From the NCBI GenBank assembly GCA_017540455.1, contig JAFYAZ010000026.1, positions 1 to 53,635 on the forward strand: a stretch of DNA of 53,635 nucleotides, read 5' to 3'. The first letter of the stretch is position 1; every line of letters starts with the position of its first letter. Below, piece by piece: positions 47,822 through 53,635 of the stretch. The DNA comes from Bacilli bacterium (GTDB taxonomy: Bacteria > Bacillota_I > Bacilli_A > RFN20 > CAG-826). The notes under the pieces were generated by a model. It saw only the letters and a program-made list of their open reading frames with translations, was not told where the DNA came from and did no database searches. Made by a program: the position numbers and the translations under genes.

Positions 47822-50559
47822 TAATCGTTGATGCCGATGAAGATGGCTTCTTCTGGTTCGCTGCCTTTGCGGCGGTTGTTCTTTTCGTTAGCGCGTCTTT
47901 CTTCCTGCGCTTTCTTGCGGCTAGCAGCGACGGAATCGCTAGCTCTCTTGATGTAGACGCTAAGGAATTTGCTAGCTGGAACAAGGGTGAAGAGTGTCGC
48001 GGCAACCGCGAAGGCTAAGCCAAGGAGAGCGCCGACGAAGATAATGGCGTATTCACGTGGTCCGACGACGGCAAGAGCTAAGCAAAGCGCAGCCATGATC
48101 GAAGAGAACACGATGATCTCAAAGGCTTCTTCAGCATTGGCTTTGACAAGGCAGTTGTTCTTGAACTCAAGAGCGGTCTTATCACGCTCACGGGAATCTT
48201 TGACGATTTCCTTCGCTCTGTTAAGAGTGAAGAGAGCGACGTATAAGGCAGCCAAAGCAGCCAAAGCGGCTCCAATTGAGGCAAGTGGGGTGACTGGGAG
48301 TCTTGTGAGAGCGAAGAATCCAACGGTCAAGACACTTGAACCAAGCGAGATGACAGAGGAAACGAAGGCACGGGCAAGACCGAATCTGAAGATAAGATAG
48401 ACAAAGGCGATCGCAACACCAACGCCAAGTCCAAGGTAAACGGTTGCAAGGTTTGGAGTTCCGGCCTGGTAGAAGACGGTGTTGGCACTAGCGTAAACGC
48501 TATTGTCAGCAGTGAAGGTATCAACGGCTTCTTTAACGGCCTGGTTGAGGCTGTTGAAGGTAGTTCCGTTAACGGTGAACGTCTTAGAAGTGTCCTTCTC
48601 ATCGAAGTAAACGCTGAGAGGGATCTCGAAATTGTAAACAGTGTAAGTAATCTCATCCTCGTTGAGATAGACCGATCTAGTCTCAAGGGTGATGTCTTCT
48701 TCGGTGGTAAGCTCTCCAATGCTCTTCTCGTTGTATTCGATAAGAGAGAGGAAGTCATCCATGATCTGCTGTTTGTCAGCAAGCTTCTTGGTGGAGAAGG
48801 ACTCGCTGTTAATCCAGTATTCGACGTTGATCGAGGTTGTGTTGTCATAGGCACCGCTGTAGTTGAAGGCACCGATGGTCGCGCTCATGACGGAGACACC
48901 GGCGATGGCGGCGACAAGAAGAGCAAGAGCGCCAATCATGAATGGCTTCTTGTGCTTCTCGAAGTCTTTGTTAGCAAGAGCACCATAGTAAGACTGCTTC
49001 TCATCTTTTAAGGCATTTGGAACCTTGGTTGGGTCAACACCAAAGAAGGCTTTGAGATGTTTTTCGCTGTCTTGGTCGTTAGCAAGTAACCAGCCTTCGA
49101 TGCGGAGAAGGATAAGGTTAAGGACTAAACCAAAGGCGGAAGTTAAGGTAAGGGCAAGACCAAGATTTCCGATGGTTGAATGGACGAAACCATAGAGGCA
49201 AACACCAATAACGATGGAGATGACGGAGATATCAAGAGTTGGCCAGAGGGCTTTCTTGGAAGCTTCCTGGTGGGCTTTCTTGAGGGTGCGTCCTTCATAT
49301 AGCTGCTGTTTGACTTTGTGGAAGTAATAGATTCCGCCAAAGGCAGTAACGATCGCGCCAAGACCGAAACCGGCAAGAGCGCCGATACCGAATTGAGCGC
49401 TGAAGTAAGCGAATAAGAGGATAGCGGCTTCAACCGCAACCGCTGCATTGCCAAGAATGGCAACGGCGCCGAGGCGATAGAAGACGGAGATGATCACGAT
49501 TCCAATGACCAAAGCAACAAGAGAAGCAATGGCGCTAGGACCGAAGTTGATGGAGAGATGCCAATCACCGGCACGGGTGAGTGGGTCAACGCCTGCGGTC
49601 ACGACGCTCGAATAAGCGAAGGTGACATCGTAGTTGTATTCTTTGGCGTTGAGAATATCGCGGTAGAACTTAGCGGCTTTGTAAGCAGCGTTAGCTTTGC
49701 TAGGATCGTAGCTGCCGTCTTTGATAGCGGCGCTCGATGGGATGAGCTGAAGCTTCTTGTAGTTGTTGTCGGAGTCGGCGGTATCGACATACCAAGCGTT
49801 GGTGGCGTCTTCGCCGAAGAGAAGACGGGCAGCCATGTTTGGAGTGTAGTCTTCGGTGCCTTTGTTCTGAACGGCAGCGTAGCTATCGGCTTCTTGTTTA
49901 TGATGCCAGAGGACTAAGAGGCAGGACTTACCTGGAGTGGTAACGTTTCCTTCATCGTCTTTTTCCTCTTGGACGGTATGATCGGTGCAGAACTTGATAA
50001 GCTCATTGAGCTTTCCGTTCTCACCCTGGAAGGTCTCTTTGATCGGAACGGTAACGACTGGGACGGTGTTGACGTAAGTGATCTCAGCGTTGGTTCCTTC
50101 TTCGAATAAGCCATTGTCAGCGAAATCGACGCTGTTTGGAGCTTCGGTCATGGCATCTTCGTCGGTGGTACCGGCTTCGACGGTGACGTGCTGTCCACTA
50201 TAGCTTAAATAAGTCTGAAGATAATTGTACTCGACTTCGTCGCTGCCCTGAGTACGGACAGAAACCTTGATGGTGCTGTAACCTTCTTTGGCAACGGTCG
50301 CATTGATATCCCAGAACTCGAGACGATCCTCGATTTCCTTGGCGACTTCGTTGACGGCGTAGTAGTTATCGTCTTCGACATAGGTGTCGGTGCTGACACC
50401 TTCATAGGTACTACCCTTGTCTGAAATACGGAAATATAAATCCTTGCCGCTTCCATAGGAAACGTCAGTATCCATTTTGCTCAAAGACGAGGTGATGGTC
50501 GCGCCAACACCAAGGAGCAAAGAGGCGCCAAGGAACAAATAGGCTAATGTTCTCCGCAT
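47821..50559 (-). CDS. secDF: Divergent fused SecDF protein-export membrane protein
   Basis: TM1 + large extracellular domain + 5 TM, twice (RND-like 12 TM); FYRLGAVA, YLIFRF and ALWPTLD segments; ruvB-secDF-recJ context; SD GGAGG. Confidence 0.8.
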   Translation of the reverse strand: MRRTLAYLFLGASLLLGVGATITSSLSKMDTDVSYGSGKDLYFRISDKGSTYEGVSTDTYVEDDNYYAVNEVAKEIEDRLEFWDINATVAKEGYSTIKVSVRTQGSDEVEYNYLQTYLSYSGQHVTVEAGTTDEDAMTEAPNSVDFADNGLFEEGTNAEITYVNTVPVVTVPIKETFQGENGKLNELIKFCTDHTVQEEKDDEGNVTTPGKSCLLVLWHHKQEADSYAAVQNKGTEDYTPNMAARLLFGEDATNAWYVDTADSDNNYKKLQLIPSSAAIKDGSYDPSKANAAYKAAKFYRDILNAKEYNYDVTFAYSSVVTAGVDPLTRAGDWHLSINFGPSAIASLVALVIGIVIISVFYRLGAVAILGNAAVAVEAAILLFAYFSAQFGIGALAGFGLGAIVTAFGGIYYFHKVKQQLYEGRTLKKAHQEASKKALWPTLDISVISIVIGVCLYGFVHSTIGNLGLALTLTSAFGLVLNLILLRIEGWLLANDQDSEKHLKAFFGVDPTKVPNALKDEKQSYYGALANKDFEKHKKPFMIGALALLVAAIAGVSVMSATIGAFNYSGAYDNTTSINVEYWINSESFSTKKLADKQQIMDDFLSLIEYNEKSIGELTTEEDITLETRSVYLNEDEITYTVYNFEIPLSVYFDEKDTSKTFTVNGTTFNSLNQAVKEAVDTFTADNSVYASANTVFYQAGTPNLATVYLGLGVGVAIAFVYLIFRFGLARAFVSSVISLGSSVLTVGFFALTRLPVTPLASIGAALAALAALYVALFTLNRAKEIVKDSRERDKTALEFKNNCLVKANAEEAFEIIVFSSIMAALCLALAVVGPREYAIIFVGALLGLAFAVAATLFTLVPASKFLSVYIKRASDSVAASRKKAQEERRANEKNNRRKGSEPEEAIFIGIND

Positions 50560-50676
50560 AATAATCCTCCAACCAATTGCACTGCACAAAAAAATTGTGT
50601 TTAGCAAGCGTTTATAAGTCTACCCCATACGCGAGCGTACGCACAAGAGAAAAAGACACTTTTAGGCCAAATAGCA

Positions 50677-51705
50677 TTAAAAGAGTGACCAATCATGGGT
50701 GATTTTCAGGTGATCGTAGGCCTTGGCGGTCGCTTCGCGGCCGCGAGGTGTTCTATTGATAAGGCCAATCATCAAAAGATATGGCTCATAAACGTCTTCC
50801 AAATTAGTGACTTCTTCGCCAATGGATGAGGCGATGCTCTCTAAGCCAACTGGGCCTCCATTGAAACGCTCAATGATGGCTTTGAGGTATTTGATATCAA
50901 CATCATCGAGACCAAGGTCATCGATCTTAAGAGCTTCGAGCGCTCTGTTTGCAAGATCGACATCGATTCTGTTAAGCCCTTCAAAAGAGGCGAAGTCGCG
51001 GACTCTCTTGAAGATACGGTTTGCGATACGCGGGGTTCCGCGACTTCTTTTGGCTAAGAGCTCCACTGCTTTTTTATCGATCGGCATTCCGAGAACCTTC
51101 GAGGTTCTTTCGATGATTTTGCCAATTTCTTCTTCATTATAGAAATCTATCTTTGCACTGATTCCGAATCTGGCGCGAAGAGGCGAGGACAAATCGCCGG
51201 CGCGTGTGGTTGCGCCTACAAGCGTGAACGGAGGCAAGGCCATGTTAAGGGATTTCGCAGCTCCGTCCCTGTTGATCATGATGGAAAGCTGGAAATCTTC
51301 CATCGCGCCATAAAGGACTTCCTCGACTTGTCTTGGAAGCCTATGGATCTCATCGATGAAAAGGATGTCGCCTGGCTCGAGGTCACATAAAATGGCGGCT
51401 AAATCTCCGCTTTTCTCAACTGACGGGCCATTGACGACACGGATGTTGCCACCCATTTCATTAGCGATGACGTATGCCAAGGTGGTCTTGCCTAAACCAG
51501 GCGGACCATAAAGCAAAACATGGTCGAGGCACTCTTCTCTTTTCTTCGCGGCGCCGATAAAGACGCTGAGGTTCTTTTTAAGGGCATCCTGACCAACATA
51601 TTCTTTAAGGTCCTTTGGACGCAAAGTGATGTCGGTCGCGTTGTCGCCGCTTTCTCTTCTAGCGTCAAGAAGGCGCTCGGATTCTTGCTTTTCGCTCTTT
51701 CTCAT
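50677..51705 (-). CDS. ruvB: Holliday junction helicase RuvB
   Basis: [32 protein letters not shown] and RTPRGR motifs. Confidence 0.98.
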   Translation of the reverse strand: MRKSEKQESERLLDARRESGDNATDITLRPKDLKEYVGQDALKKNLSVFIGAAKKREECLDHVLLYGPPGLGKTTLAYVIANEMGGNIRVVNGPSVEKSGDLAAILCDLEPGDILFIDEIHRLPRQVEEVLYGAMEDFQLSIMINRDGAAKSLNMALPPFTLVGATTRAGDLSSPLRARFGISAKIDFYNEEEIGKIIERTSKVLGMPIDKKAVELLAKRSRGTPRIANRIFKRVRDFASFEGLNRIDVDLANRALEALKIDDLGLDDVDIKYLKAIIERFNGGPVGLESIASSIGEEVTNLEDVYEPYLLMIGLINRTPRGREATAKAYDHLKITHDWSLF

Positions 51706-51707
51706 AA

Positions 51708-52271
51708 TTATTTGAGTTTCTTGAGGGCTTTGCGGAGAACCTCTTCGTTAGAGAGTCCTGGCTCATTGATCGAGGCAAGCGCATCATCGATGGCTTTGAC
51801 TTTGAAGCCAAGGGCTTTGAGGCCTTCCCTCACTTCGTCATATTGATTTGGATTGGCTTTGGAACCACCGCCCATATCGGCGAGTCTGCCTTTGAGATCA
51901 AGAATGATCTGGGCTGCGGCTTTTGGCCCGATGCCAGGAAGCTTTTTAAGGAATGTTGTGTTATTGGCGGCGATGGCTTTCATGAGGTCGTTAGGATTGG
52001 TCGCGCCTAAAGCCACGATGGCGGTCTTAGGTCCAATGCCTTTGACTTCGATAAGCGATTCGAAAGCCTCTTTCTCTAATTTGTCTTTGAAGCCGACAAG
52101 GTAATGATCGTTCTCATTGAAGACCTCGTGGACATAAACGGTCGCTTCCTCTTCGTAAGCAAAATCCGAAGTACGGGCAACCAAAAGCTCGTAGGCAATG
52201 CCGCTAGGCAAAGCGATGGCGACGCTTTCTTTGTCGATATTGACGATTTTTCCAGTGAATGAGTAATACAT
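51708..52271 (-). CDS. ruvA: Holliday junction DNA-binding protein RuvA
   Basis: VKGIGPK and LPGIGPK HhH motifs; ALGFK domain III; upstream of ruvB. Confidence 0.96.
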   Translation of the reverse strand: MYYSFTGKIVNIDKESVAIALPSGIAYELLVARTSDFAYEEEATVYVHEVFNENDHYLVGFKDKLEKEAFESLIEVKGIGPKTAIVALGATNPNDLMKAIAANNTTFLKKLPGIGPKAAAQIILDLKGRLADMGGGSKANPNQYDEVREGLKALGFKVKAIDDALASINEPGLSNEEVLRKALKKLK

Positions 52272-52274
52272 TAT

Positions 52275-52370
52275 CTAGTGGTAAATTGCGATGAATAGTA
52301 AGAAAAGGAGAAAGCAGACAGCGACCGCCACTAAAGCGAGTATCGGAATCAGCAATTTATTTTCTTTCAT
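52275..52370 (-). CDS. Putative 31-aa single-TM peptide; not in the ORF track
   Basis: MKENKLLIPILALVAVAVCFLLFLLFIAIYH; TATAAT 6 nt upstream; stop 3 nt before the ruvA ATG. Confidence 0.6.
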   Translation of the reverse strand: MKENKLLIPILALVAVAVCFLLFLLFIAIYH

Positions 52371-52407
52371 CGACTAATTATACAGGAAATTATGATGGCT
52401 TGATATA

Positions 52408-53634
52408 TCAAGTCGTGTAATCGAAGACGAAATCGTTGATCTGAACTTTATCGCCATCCTGGGCGCCGACTTCCTCGAGTCTTTGCTCGATGCCGATGTT
52501 ATCAAGATAACGGATAAGACGGACGATGCCTTCATCGGTTGTCGTGTTGATGAGGGCGGCGTCGCGTTCGACTTTCTCGCCTTTGATGATCCAGCCGTTT
52601 TCGCCACGGAGAATCTGATAATCGGATTTTCCTTCGATCTCGCGGGCATCATAGACCTTCATCTTGGTGGTCTCGTTGACGCCTTTGATTGGGAATTCCG
52701 GAGTAGCTTCGATGAGTTCGATGGCTTTCTTGAGAAGCCTATCGACGCCTTCGTGGGTAAGGCTCGATAAAGCGATGGATTCGAATCCGAGTTTCTTGTC
52801 GAATTCTTTCTTGAGGTCTTCCGCCCCTTCCATATCCATCATGGAAGCAACGACGATCTGAGGACGCTGCTCCAAGAAAGCGTTATAGGCTTTGAGTTCT
52901 TCGTTTATGGCAAGGTAGTCCCGGTATGGATCTCTTTCGCCAGACATGGAAACGAGATGGATGAGAATCCTTGTTCTTTCGATGTGGCGTAAGAATTGGA
53001 TACCTAAACCTTTACCTTCATGAGCGCCTTTAATAAGGCCTGGCATATCGGCGAGGACAAAACTTCTGCCGTCTTTGAGATAGCAAACGCCAAGGTTTGG
53101 GACCAAGGTGGTGAATGGGTAATCTGCTGTTGGGACGTTGGCTTTGCTAACGACATTAAGGAAAGTCGATTTGCCAACGCTTGGGAAACCGATCAAACCG
53201 GCATCGGCTAAAAGCTTGAGTTCAAGGATGAGTCTCTTCTTTTCGCCCGGGTGTCCGTTTTCGGCGATGCGTGGGATTCTATGGCGGGATGATTTGAAGC
53301 AAGCGTTGCCTCTTCCGCCACGTCCGCCTTTGGCGACAAGGACCTTCTGGCCCTCTTCTTTGATGTCGGCCAAAACACGGCCAGTCGCTTCTTCGGTGAC
53401 GATGGTGCCGACTGGGACTTCGATGGTGACGTCCTCAGCGTTATGGCCATACCTCATCGTCTTCATTCCTTTTTCACCGTCTTGAGCGATGAATGTTCTG
53501 GAATGACGGAAATTGTAAAGGTTGTTTAGGTTAGCCTTTCCAAGGAAATAGATGGAGCCACCACGGCCTCCGTTTCCTCCGTCAGGCCCGCCTTTCGCGG
53601 TGTTTTTGTCACGAAGAAAAGAGATGCAGCCATC
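52408..53634 (-). CDS. obgE: GTPase ObgE/CgtA; 5' end outside window
   Basis: GGRGGRGN, LELKLLADAGLIGFPSVGKST, YPFTTL and DMPG motifs; OCT domain. Confidence 0.97.
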   Translation of the reverse strand, partial: DGCISFLRDKNTAKGGPDGGNGGRGGSIYFLGKANLNNLYNFRHSRTFIAQDGEKGMKTMRYGHNAEDVTIEVPVGTIVTEEATGRVLADIKEEGQKVLVAKGGRGGRGNACFKSSRHRIPRIAENGHPGEKKRLILELKLLADAGLIGFPSVGKSTFLNVVSKANVPTADYPFTTLVPNLGVCYLKDGRSFVLADMPGLIKGAHEGKGLGIQFLRHIERTRILIHLVSMSGERDPYRDYLAINEELKAYNAFLEQRPQIVVASMMDMEGAEDLKKEFDKKLGFESIALSSLTHEGVDRLLKKAIELIEATPEFPIKGVNETTKMKVYDAREIEGKSDYQILRGENGWIIKGEKVERDAALINTTTDEGIVRLIRYLDNIGIEQRLEEVGAQDGDKVQINDFVFDYTT

Positions 53635-53635
53635 G

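Noticed and set aside
1-53635. CRISPR array, IS element, rRNA/tRNA or defence system
   Set aside because: No regularly spaced repeats, transposase, cloverleaf or defence-type ORFs were seen.

Overview
Core-genome window from a low-GC Bacillota (Bacilli-like, standard genetic code; the precise lineage cannot be assigned from sequence alone). It appears to straddle the chromosomal replication terminus. Genes left of about 31.8 kb are mostly on the + strand: dnaK-dnaJ, rsmE, mtaB, rpmF, rpsU, ybeY-era-recO, glyQS-dnaG-rpoD-trmK, cshB, rpmG, efp, parE-parC and yqeG-yqeH-yhbY-nadD/yqeK-rsfS. All genes right of about 32.5 kb are on the - strand: xerD, dinB, dxs, xseAB, nusB, tkt, aspS-hisS-rel-recJ-secDF, ruvAB and obg. 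A clear dif site (32039-32066) lies in the AT-rich convergent gap next to xerD. No phage, IS, CRISPR, rRNA or tRNA was recognised. The most notable unexplained items are: (1) a ~250-nt multi-hairpin + strand element (22121-22372) that matches no RNA family I recognise and carries an anti-SD loop; (2) a 39-bp identically spaced, non-sigmaA promoter-like motif shared by that element and an ATPase-less C39 peptidase membrane protein, suggesting a small alternative-sigma regulon; (3) a second XerD arm in the dinB-xerD promoter region and a recurrent CTACTAA motif in intergenic gaps around ter; (4) a SecDF that appears to lack its proton-coupling residues; (5) many apparently leaderless genes; (6) an unannotated 31-aa membrane peptide heading ruvAB; and (7) an EF-P with a KTAMRK loop.
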